Shown piece by piece: positions 23,624 through 33,121 of a stretch of DNA of 35,484 nt; position 1 is the stretch's first letter, and each line of letters starts with the position of its first letter. The stretch spans positions 1 through 35,484 of the forward strand of contig PDIP01000264.1 in assembly GCA_002811645.1 (NCBI GenBank), written 5' to 3'. The DNA is from Corallochytrium limacisporum Hawaii. Its lineage: Eukaryota > Protista > Pluriformea. The translations under genes and the position numbers were made by a program. The notes beneath the pieces were generated by a model, which was not told where the DNA came from, made no database searches, and saw only the letters and a list, made by a program, of their open reading frames with translations.

Positions 23624-26600
23624 ATGGCTCCTCCTCAGGACCAGAGTGACGATGGGGTCCCCATGGACGCAGTTATGGAACCCATAGACGAAATTGTTCC
23701 GAAGGCAGAGGATGAGGCCTACATGACCAAGAAGCCCAAAAAGGCACGGCGTGTTTTTGGATGGCTGAAAGTCATTCTTGGCATCTCTTCTCTTGTGTTC
23801 ATTATTGTCATGCTAGTGATCAACCTTCTCACTTGGATCGACCTGAGCAAACGACTGTCTGTGGTATCGGTTGAGTCTGCTGACATTTCGGTACAAAGCT
23901 TCCAGCTAGTCAACCCGGACCGCAATCACTTGACCCTCCGCACTCAGCTACAGGTGCGTAACCCTGGCACCCAGTCTCTGCTGCTGCAGGAAACCGAAGT
24001 TGAAGTCTACGATGAGAACACAGGCCATTTAATTGGTATGTACGAATTCCCTTCCTTTGCACTGGGTGCCGCCTCTACATCCGTAGTGAGTACCGAGGCT
24101 GATTTGCGCATTTTGGACTCTGACTTGATGGCTTCGCAGCTAAGCCAGCTGTATCAGGGCACCGACCTGCGCTGGCGCTTCCGTGCCACTAACGTTCCCA
24201 CCCTTGTCAATTCAGCCATGACTCTTGGTGCTGCCACTTCCTCCGGCATTGACAAGGTCGTAACTCTGGATGGAGGCAATGAATCTGTATTCTACGCCCG
24301 CAATCTGGAATTGACCGCCGGCACTGGCCACTACGTGAATATTACCTCAACCGTGCTCATCGACGAATCTATGCCATATGCTACACTGATTGATAAGGTT
24401 GAGACAACGTTTGATCTCGAAGTTGAGGGCCGCAACGGTCCGGAGTCTCGAGTTAAAATTGGCAGCATCACTTTCCCCAAGGTTGCCTTCGGTGTCCAGC
24501 GCTCCTTCTTTGACGATGTTACCATTCAGTTGATGCACCTGACCGCTGTGAATGCTGTTTCTGGCTCGAGGCAACGCGTATCCAATGTCCCCGACTACAA
24601 TGAATACGTTGCTGATCTTTTGGGTGACCTGCTTGCAGCTCGTGAGGTCAACGTACACATGGTTGGCCCAGTGTCCGGTTTCCGTGCTTCCTACTTCGTG
24701 GGCGTTGTTGACAGTGTTCTCAACATGAAGCTTGGTAGCATCAACGTGGAAGAGATCCTCTCTGGAAGTCAGACTGTGCGTGATCGTCAAGGTGGTGGCA
24801 CAGGCAATGAACAATCCCTGACGAACGGCAATGGTCTGATTGTGGAAGACACCACAAACCTGCAGGACACTGATGCTGACGCTGCCCTACCGCTTTTGAT
24901 TAAGTCCACGACACTGGAATCTGAGCGCTCCCTTCTTGAGATGGGTTCAAAGCCTGTGAATCTCTACGGTGACGAACCTGAAGGCGTCATTGACGAGAAC
25001 GCTGTCCTGGTGCCCCTCAATGACCCTGTCTGGACAAAAATGACCCTGGCCTTCCGCAACCAGCTCAACAAGCATATCAACTACCAGTTCACCCGCATCC
25101 GCGTACATTCCGTGTATCCCACAGGGTTCAACTACCACCTTGCAGATGAAATAGCTGCAACTTCCGACGACAACAACGTTCCGTTGTTGGGTGGCAACCT
25201 GGACGAGTGTGAGGCCCAGTCTGACTTTGGTTCTATGATTGTTGCCAAAGGGTCTTCTGTTACGCTCGAACCAAATGCGTTTGGCTCCTTTGACTTTGGT
25301 CTCACTCCTCTAGAGAGTGATAAGTGTATTCGGCACCGCATCGATGCGGCTTGCTGTGCACTAAGATATGGTGGTCACGACATCCAGTCCATTCCGTTGG
25401 ATGTGACCCTGACCTTTACCATGCGCTACGAAGCCTTTGCTGTGCCCATCTCGCTCCGTGTTACAAACTTGCCCATGCATTGTGCCTCTAATACTGTTTG
25501 GTTTAACAACATTTGCCAGAAGCGTGTGAAAGATACGTGTTTCACCGCCCACCACGGTCAGAAATGTGACTCCCAAACTAAAATTCAGCTCGGTCCCTAT
25601 GGCATTGTCTCTGGTGGCAAGGCTCCGGAGAACGGCTCTGATGGCATCGATCGCAATGGCGATGGAGACACTGGTGCGCTCGCTGACTACAACAACCTCG
25701 TCTTCAGTGGTGGAATCTGTGACGGCCAGGGCAATGACCAATACGGCTTCGGTTATCTGTATCCCTCCAATGACTGTATCGAGTGGGCCAACTCTGGAAA
25801 TGTGACCAATCTTGCAGGATACGGATGCTACCAGAATTTGGATACTCTGGAAGTATGTGGTCGGTGCTGGATTCCCGAACGCCACTTTGGTGTCATTCCT
25901 GAGAATGCCACCATCTGCCCTGAGAATGTATACCGCCGCTATAATATCAATGCCTCTGCCGCGGCTGACCTCACACCCGGTACCACGCTTGCTCAGCGTA
26001 GTACCGGTTTGATTGAGGCCGACTCCTTTGTTAACCAAGGCATTGACCAGCAGTGCACCCGGGCTGGTTTCCCCGGTCTGTTGCAGATGGGATTCTACGC
26101 TTGGCAGGCTCAGTACAGCGGCGAGCTGCCCCAGGACTATATGGTGCCATGGCGCCAGACCACGGGCATGCAAAACCTTTATGCGGGTCCTGGCAATGCC
26201 TACAATCTGTCCGGCGGTCTTTTCGATGCCGGGGACGGGCTTAAGGTTACTGGCCCCATGGCATACGCTGTGACCATGCTGGCTTGGTCTGGTATTGAGA
26301 ACCGCAATGCATACGTGAAGACTGGCCAGATGGACATGCTTCTGCAGGGCGTGGACCACACAGTTACGTACCTCATGGAGTGCTCCAAGCGTATTGAAGG
26401 TGCCGCGGAAACCCAAAACATCAAGGAGCTAGTGGTGATGGTTGGTCTTCCTGACTACTACCATGATACCTGGGAGCGCAACGAGGATATCATGAAGCGT
26501 CGCATCGCCAATGATGAAGAGGATGTTGTTATGATTGCCACTCCCCTCAAACCTGCCGCCGACGTCGCTGCTGATATGGCTGCAGCTCTCACTGCCGCTG

Positions 26601-27550
26601 CCATGCTGTACCGCCAAGAGAATTACAGAACTGGCTTGGCCGAAGAAATGGATAGCCGTGCCCTCTTACTTCTGGATTTCGCCCACACATTCCCTGGTCA
26701 GGCTGCCGAGTCCTTCCCTGCTGTCGCCGCCACATACAACAACGCTGACTACAAGGATGAGATTGCCTGGGCTCTGTCTTGGTTCCGGTACGCCGGCCGT
26801 GGAGGTACACACCAGGAGCGGATGAATTCGCTGGACGGGTTCTACATGGGGTCCATCGCAAACAGTGATAACCTCTCTTACCACAATCTGAGCTGGGAGA
26901 ACAAATGGCTCGGCGTCCTCGCGCTTCAGGCTCGGGCACGTGACGAAGACCCTTACACCCAATCTGCCGTGAACCATTTGATGCGATGGATCTATTTGCA
27001 CCCGGACAGAGAAACGGAGCAGACGCTTGTCGACCTCATCCTTGCTGTTCCCAACAGGGCTACTGCTGTTGAAAACGTACCCTACACCCCTGGCGGTCTG
27101 GCCTACCCGGTTAACTTTTCTCCTCTAAGCAATGTCGCCGCTGCAAGTTTCATTGCCAATGTCATGGCCACACAGATTGAGGAAGAGAATGGAAGAGCCG
27201 AAATTGCCGCCGGGCTGCGCCTTTGGGCCCGCGATCAGTTTGACTACATCACCGGGCAGAATCCGGAGGGTATGTCTCTGATTGTTGGCTACACTGAGAA
27301 ATATCCCCTTCGTTTGCACCACCGTGGAGCTTCTTGTCCATCCGATGGCACTGAATGCGATCACAGCTATCTGGAAACCACCGCGGCGGATCTCAATCCT
27401 GTCTACGGAATGATGACTGGGGGTGTTGCCGAAGATGATACCTACAGCACTGTTACTCGAGAGAATTACCAGCTTACCGAGCCCACCACTCACGGACAGG
27501 GTGCATGGATGGCACTTTTGGCGTCTACCATTGAGACCTGTGTCGTCTAG
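23624..27550 (+). CDS. Membrane-anchored GH9 endo-1,4-beta-glucanase fused to a DUF3712/Tag1-like ectodomain and Cys-rich linker (1308 aa)
   Basis: Basic patch KKPKKARR precedes TM helix VILGISSLVFIIVMLVINLL. DUF3712-like segment IGMYEFPSF...LRILDSD...LRWRFRA...IDKVVTLDGGN. GH9 domain from about 26063: QAQYSGELP, LSGGLFDAGD (DAGD at 26225-26236), MAYAVTMLAW, DYKDEIAWA, LSWENK, QFDYITGQNP, HHRGASC and NYQLTEP (catalytic Glu at about 27479). Confidence 0.92.
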   Translation: MAPPQDQSDDGVPMDAVMEPIDEIVPKAEDEAYMTKKPKKARRVFGWLKVILGISSLVFIIVMLVINLLTWIDLSKRLSVVSVESADISVQSFQLVNPDRNHLTLRTQLQVRNPGTQSLLLQETEVEVYDENTGHLIGMYEFPSFALGAASTSVVSTEADLRILDSDLMASQLSQLYQGTDLRWRFRATNVPTLVNSAMTLGAATSSGIDKVVTLDGGNESVFYARNLELTAGTGHYVNITSTVLIDESMPYATLIDKVETTFDLEVEGRNGPESRVKIGSITFPKVAFGVQRSFFDDVTIQLMHLTAVNAVSGSRQRVSNVPDYNEYVADLLGDLLAAREVNVHMVGPVSGFRASYFVGVVDSVLNMKLGSINVEEILSGSQTVRDRQGGGTGNEQSLTNGNGLIVEDTTNLQDTDADAALPLLIKSTTLESERSLLEMGSKPVNLYGDEPEGVIDENAVLVPLNDPVWTKMTLAFRNQLNKHINYQFTRIRVHSVYPTGFNYHLADEIAATSDDNNVPLLGGNLDECEAQSDFGSMIVAKGSSVTLEPNAFGSFDFGLTPLESDKCIRHRIDAACCALRYGGHDIQSIPLDVTLTFTMRYEAFAVPISLRVTNLPMHCASNTVWFNNICQKRVKDTCFTAHHGQKCDSQTKIQLGPYGIVSGGKAPENGSDGIDRNGDGDTGALADYNNLVFSGGICDGQGNDQYGFGYLYPSNDCIEWANSGNVTNLAGYGCYQNLDTLEVCGRCWIPERHFGVIPENATICPENVYRRYNINASAAADLTPGTTLAQRSTGLIEADSFVNQGIDQQCTRAGFPGLLQMGFYAWQAQYSGELPQDYMVPWRQTTGMQNLYAGPGNAYNLSGGLFDAGDGLKVTGPMAYAVTMLAWSGIENRNAYVKTGQMDMLLQGVDHTVTYLMECSKRIEGAAETQNIKELVVMVGLPDYYHDTWERNEDIMKRRIANDEEDVVMIATPLKPAADVAADMAAALTAAAMLYRQENYRTGLAEEMDSRALLLLDFAHTFPGQAAESFPAVAATYNNADYKDEIAWALSWFRYAGRGGTHQERMNSLDGFYMGSIANSDNLSYHNLSWENKWLGVLALQARARDEDPYTQSAVNHLMRWIYLHPDRETEQTLVDLILAVPNRATAVENVPYTPGGLAYPVNFSPLSNVAAASFIANVMATQIEEENGRAEIAAGLRLWARDQFDYITGQNPEGMSLIVGYTEKYPLRLHHRGASCPSDGTECDHSYLETTAADLNPVYGMMTGGVAEDDTYSTVTRENYQLTEPTTHGQGAWMALLASTIETCVV

Positions 27551-27921
27551 AACACAGCCGGTCAACTATCTTCACAATTTCACATAAGAAACACATATAT
27601 TCAGCATATCTTTATTTTCTTCCACCCCGGAAACTGCTTTGCGTTGTAGAATGCTTGGTTACTTTTGCGATTGCAAGCTCCCTGGTTTTCCTTTCTCCGT
27701 GCAGATAGTGATTTTTCAACAGTGTCCCATTAACCATGGGTCTTCAAGCCAAATCGAAAGTTTCTAGAGTCGCCAAATTGTGAAGTGCTATGGTACGACG
27801 GTATGCAATGGATGTATTACGATGGATTGATGGTATGTTAATGAGTTATGGGAATGAAGGATTGCTCTGCTAAAAGACGCGTATTGTTGGCTGGGGGGTG
27901 TTGATCATTGGTTATGGCGAA

Positions 27922-28662
27922 TTATACCAAGAACATGGCAACAAACACGGTAAAGCCGACGGTGGCCATGCGACCAAACTGGTCCAGAGAGCCCGCTGAG
28001 TTCGATGGCAAAGAGAACTCAGGTTTAAACTGAGGTTTAAACTGGGTGACCTCGCTCATCTTGACCATAACATAGTATTCATTGTCTTCAACGAATTTCT
28101 GATCGATCGGATGGTTCCACAGATATCCATTACCATCGGCATCATAGACCCAAAGCTCTCGGGCAAAGTTGCGGCTGATCTCAAGGCATCCCTCTCTGTA
28201 ACGATTTGGAGGAATGCTCTCAGTCACTGGGATCATATCACGCCAGAGATTCTTGGTGTGGGGAGTGACGATGAAAGGACTGTCGTTGAAGATGCCAATC
28301 TTCATAGTGATGTCACTTCGGCCAACACACTCATCAATGACATCCGTGTCGTATAGGCGACCAATCTCGTTGATGTCGACTGGTTTAAAGACGGCAGTCC
28401 AGTCGCCGCCGTCCTTGGGGTCGTACAACAGGTTGATGTCATACAAAGGATCTCCTTGAGAATTATCGTCAGAAGTAGAGCCTTCCTGCTTCTCTTGATC
28501 CAAAAGATCGGTGAGCAAAGCCGACAAGTCCTTATCAGGAAGGGCGTCAATTTGTTCACGAGTTTGATCTTCAGCTGTAGGTGCATCGCCGGCCTCCTGT
28601 GCGCTGCTCATGCCGACCAGAGCAATAGATGCGACCAAAAGAGAGTAGAGAACATTGACCAT
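27922..28662 (-). CDS. Secreted, probably GPI-anchored protein of unknown function (246 aa)
   Basis: ATG at 28662 in context CACCATGG. Signal peptide MVNVLYSLLVASIALVGMSSA. The C-terminus has small residues (SNSAGS), a spacer, and a terminal hydrophobic stretch MATVGFTVFVAMFLV with no cytosolic tail, matching a GPI signal. Confidence 0.85.
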   Translation of the reverse strand: MVNVLYSLLVASIALVGMSSAQEAGDAPTAEDQTREQIDALPDKDLSALLTDLLDQEKQEGSTSDDNSQGDPLYDINLLYDPKDGGDWTAVFKPVDINEIGRLYDTDVIDECVGRSDITMKIGIFNDSPFIVTPHTKNLWRDMIPVTESIPPNRYREGCLEISRNFARELWVYDADGNGYLWNHPIDQKFVEDNEYYVMVKMSEVTQFKPQFKPEFSLPSNSAGSLDQFGRMATVGFTVFVAMFLV

Positions 28663-30403
28663 GGTGCGCTTGCGTAAATGTGCTGTCTGTCTCCTGTGGA
28701 ACAAAGCAAAGTCCTTCTAGAACCCTTGATAGATACCTCTCGTACCTTGACTTTGCAAAAGCGATTCGGAATGGAAACATTGAGGTTGATTCGTAGCAAT
28801 GTCGTAGATCGTAAATACACAGGAACGTAAATACCAATAGAGTACATACTGCTAGAGATCACCGGCGGCTAAGGTAAGCAGAGTGCATGACAGAGAGTTT
28901 AGCATTACCTGATCTGGCGATAGGGAATTATGCTATGCAACAAAATTCTCAGAGAATTGTCAGATGGGGAATGTCTATAAGGCACTTTATTGGACAAGGG
29001 AAAAGAGCTGATGCCCACTTGCTTTTGCCCACTGGGCGTCTTTTCCCCTTCCTGCGGCGCCCCGGGGCCAGGGGTCTCCTTTCCCCCCCCCCCCTTTCCC
29101 TTCTTCTCCCTGCTCCCCTTTCCCCTCAGCGTATGCACGGCTGTGCCACCTGCTTCATCGCGCCCGCCACCCTCTTCCCTCTTCAGAGTTTCCTCCGCGA
29201 GACCAAGACAGCATAAATTAAAGATGTGGCTTTTTTGGTCTCCCCCTCGGCCCCGGCACCTCAACGACTATGACAGCCATGAATAGGGTGCCGGGCTCTT
29301 GAGGCATCAACCCTGACATGGAGGCCTTAACGAATGTCACTATCCGTCCCTTTAGTCGTCAATCCAGAGACGATCTTCTCTGGTCGCTCGTCGCACAGCT
29401 TCTCTATTCGATGGGTCGATCGCCTCGTGATTTAGCGAACTGGGAGCAGTTTCTCTGGGTCGAACTGCTGTACAATCAATTTCCACGAGCTAACGAGGAG
29501 GACGTCTTGGACAGAAAAAAGCAGCGTACCTTGGTTACATGAAATTTGCAATAATTCGGGTCGCCTCCAACTTAGTTGATGAGATGCTGACAGCAAAAAA
29601 GAATTCAAGAAACTCTGGGACGAGTAAGTTGAGAATGAAGATTGGCCTTACCGACTCGAGCCTACTGCAATGAAGGATCAAGAAAGACTTATCAGACGCG
29701 GATGACACAATCCTCAGTTCCAGTGTAGCACAAAGTCGGGACTTCGTTGTTGTTTTTGAGTTTGCGTGTACGAGATATTACTGGTACACTAGGAACTGCA
29801 ATTTGTAGAACGATGGTTGCATAGGATAATTATGTCCAATCGCGTATCGGAGAAATTGGACTTTGTTGTTTGGCGTACCAAAATGAACCTCATTAACGCA
29901 GACATTGGACATATAAAGTGGACCGGTCCATATCAGCTCCAGTCTTTCGTATCAACTTGGCTCTCAAAGGCTCTCCTCACTGCAAGCGGAGGATAACCGA
30001 AAATAGTCCAACCTTCTTGCCCCAACAACGAAACAAATCGGCTATCGAATAAAGAAAAATAATTGAGTAAATCTTTCTCGTGGCTTGCCGCATATCTTCA
30101 GCACTTGGGTCCATTTTTGGTTCTCAGGGGCGTCTGTTGGGCTCGCGAATGGCTCGTCTCGTATTCCGGCCCAACTAAATCTCAATCCTTTTAAAGTTTT
30201 CACGTCCTCAAAGTTCTTCTTTTGGTACCGGAGCTGCCGTCTGTGAAGCAGAAATCAGGAAGTCACTGCGCAAATGATCGGAACACGGAGCGCAGCAAGC
30301 ACACCCATACCACGAGTCCTTCTACACAGACTTGTGGCTGAGACATGAAAAAACAAAAGGGATGCAGAGCGTCGTGAGTTTACGGGCCAGCTGCTGCCGC
30401 CTT

Positions 30404-30432
30404 TATAATCAATAATATATATATTGATTATA
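30404..30432. repeat. AT-rich inverted repeat made of two ATCAATA motifs
   Basis: TATAATCAATA (30404-30414), a 7-nt spacer, then TATTGATTATA (30422-30432): perfect 11-bp arms. Confidence 0.6.
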
Positions 30433-33121
30433 TTGACGTTCTAATGTAATCAAATATGTAATCACAACTACAATGAATCAGACCTAGAGCGGAAATGGCG
30501 GCTCAATGTCTAATGTTTCTAAGGCGAGTTGACTAGTGATTGGAGGAGTTACCTATTTGTATATTAACAGATACATATATAAGTATATAAATATATTCAG
30601 TCGGTACGGTTATTTAAAATTAGTCAGTATATCATATTCTTGACAGAACGCCGAAATTGACAAGTGGTTTGATTGGATCAGGAAAGCTTTAGCTGACTTT
30701 TCCCCACGTCTCCTTGGCCCCGACGGGGTGCGGGTCCGTGGACTGGAAAAGGAAAATACAAACACATAGCGATGTAAAAATAAGCGGCCAAACTGCGCCC
30801 CAAAAGGTTATGCGGGGAATTAACGTTTTCAAGGACGTAACCTTTTCTGAATCGAATAATCAAGGAGTTCGAGACAAAACATGCGTAATTACGTTTGCAG
30901 CAAATCCCGCCTTCACTGTCATTCTAGAGACGAGAAAAACAGAATGGAATCACGTAGCAAAGCACGTCGTCCCCATGGTGCTAGTGCCAGCTGCTGAAGC
31001 GTATGGGAATGTGACCTTCGATCTGTGAAAAGACCCTGAACACAATGATTGGGGAAGTTCTTTGGATGTTCATCATGCTAAGAAAAAAGGGAAACAGATC
31101 CAAGTCATCGTGGGCGGCTTTCGCATCAGCCATCTGTTACTTATGGTGACTCCAACGGCCACTACCATTTTCGCTAAGATCGACATTGTAGGAGGGCGCT
31201 TGTATGAAGAGATTGGTTCAAAGCCGGAAACTTGTGTGGGGTGGATGATATCGCACGGGTTAGGAGGATACTTTCTTACGGACAAGGGTTGTCCATCCTC
31301 CCACCGGCTCATACAATTCTTACTTGATGTTTAGGCATTGAACAGCACAGTCGATTTGGCGATCCAGAACAAATGTACCACTGTGGTACCACTTGCGTAC
31401 GCAGCTGATTCTCCAGGATCAGGGTCAGTCAAGGAGTGGAACAAAGAAAGTGACCAGCCAAGGCAAGGGTCTCTGAAGTAGACTCCCATTCTTAATGGAA
31501 TCTGAGCACCATGCACCATTGCTGGTGCTGGCGCAGGATGTTGACCTTCTCCTGCTGCCAGATTTTCCAATTGGGTTCCGGAATAAGGCCAGTGTTCTGG
31601 CTTACGCCAGGCAGTCAAAGATGAACATGACCATTGCACTCCCGGACGATTTGTAAACGGCAGGTCTTGTGCTATCATGGATTCCACAGGACACACCATG
31701 AATCGGAGGTCATGACTGGAGAGCGAATTCAATCGGTTCCCCCCTTGGTTAGGAAGTTTCAACAACTATTTTCCAACACCTGCCAATGCCATAGACCAGA
31801 GTCTGTCACCGGCCTAGTGAACTAAATGGTCGAAGATCTGGCCTCTCGTGCGCACACATATAAGGAAGTGCCTATTTCGGGAAGAAAGGCGGAGTAATTT
31901 CGGATACTAAGGTCTTAAAAAAATAAGATTCTGACCCTATTCTCTTCCCATGAGGTAGCCCAACCTTTATGCGACTACCACCGGTATCGTTCCACATCGG
32001 AAGGGACAAATAGCCCACACCCCTATCACGGGCTGAGTTTTGGCTGATATGTCTTTGTTGTTTATATGTCATTAAGTTAAGTGCTGGAGTGACCCTGATA
32101 GCTCGCGGGGGTTACTCCGTGGGGCAAACTGTAATTCAACCAGTAGGATCGATTTTCTTAGTGATTTCGGTTTCCTGTGTGATGTGGATTCCTACCACGC
32201 CAACCGATCTCCTCGGCACCCCATTTCATCACCGCGCTCGCAGTAGGTTTGCGGTGTAAAATCTATAGTTGTATCATATGCTGTCCATAGGTCCACATCT
32301 GTACCTACGCACGTCTGCTTCATTTGGCAATATAACTGATTCACCAGGGATGGTAGCTGTAAAGCGAACGGACCCAATTTGATAAACATCCAAAGTGGTA
32401 GTAGCTATTGCGGGCAAGAATATTGGAGAGTTTAAGAAACTATGGTCTGATATCAAGACACTCGCCCCGCTTCGTTGTACCAACATAAGTGAGTCCTGTT
32501 AAAACGACCACCACCAGTACAGGCTAAACTGCGGGGACAAATGACTCACAGGCATGTCTGGGTACCGCTGCATTGGTTCGGTAGATCCTTTTCTAAGATG
32601 CACCAGCTTAACCTAGGTCTGAATAGTATTCTCTCCCTCTAGGAGGTCCCCGCCATGGCGCACATACATTTCACATCACGGGTGGTGTCTGTGACGACCT
32701 CATCTTTGGGAATAACGGAGCGGAGATTATTCACAGCCTGTTTGACGCACCTGTCATGTGGTCGTACGATCTGAGATTTCGCCGCAGAGATCAAGTAGAT
32801 GGCAAACGCTCATTTACGAGTTGGCTCAAAGTGTTACCGCCGAGGCATGTGAAAGGGTTAACCGGACCCCGTGGGTCGTGTATCCCGTGAGGTATGTCCA
32901 CCTTCGAAATCACTCCGCGATAGGCTGAAGACATACTCATTTTTGCACTTAAGGGGTAACGCCACCAGACAAACTGCTTATGAGTACCAGACACCCGAGG
33001 AGGGTGGAGAGGGTTCCCCAGGTATACAAGACCATTTACATGAAGGCCCTTGGGGCACACAAGTACAAAGAGCAGTACAAAAACATTCAATAGAAAACGT
33101 TGTGGCCACACAGTTGCTACT

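Noticed and set aside
25361-26416. Long antisense ORFs (also 7979-8605, 15628-16272, 33170-34147)
   Set aside because: These are shadow frames of codon-biased genes on the opposite strand and have no motifs.
7814-27550. Bacterial bcs operon or contaminant
   Set aside because: Strands are mixed, spacers are kb-long and there are no RBSs. There is no PilZ, BcsB or BcsC. A GPI signal and a telomere repeat lie on the same scaffold.
28021-28044. 12-bp tandem repeat AGGTTTAAACTG x2
   Set aside because: It is a small in-frame duplication (QFKPQFKP) in a linker, not an array. No CRISPR, tRNA or rRNA was recognised in the window.
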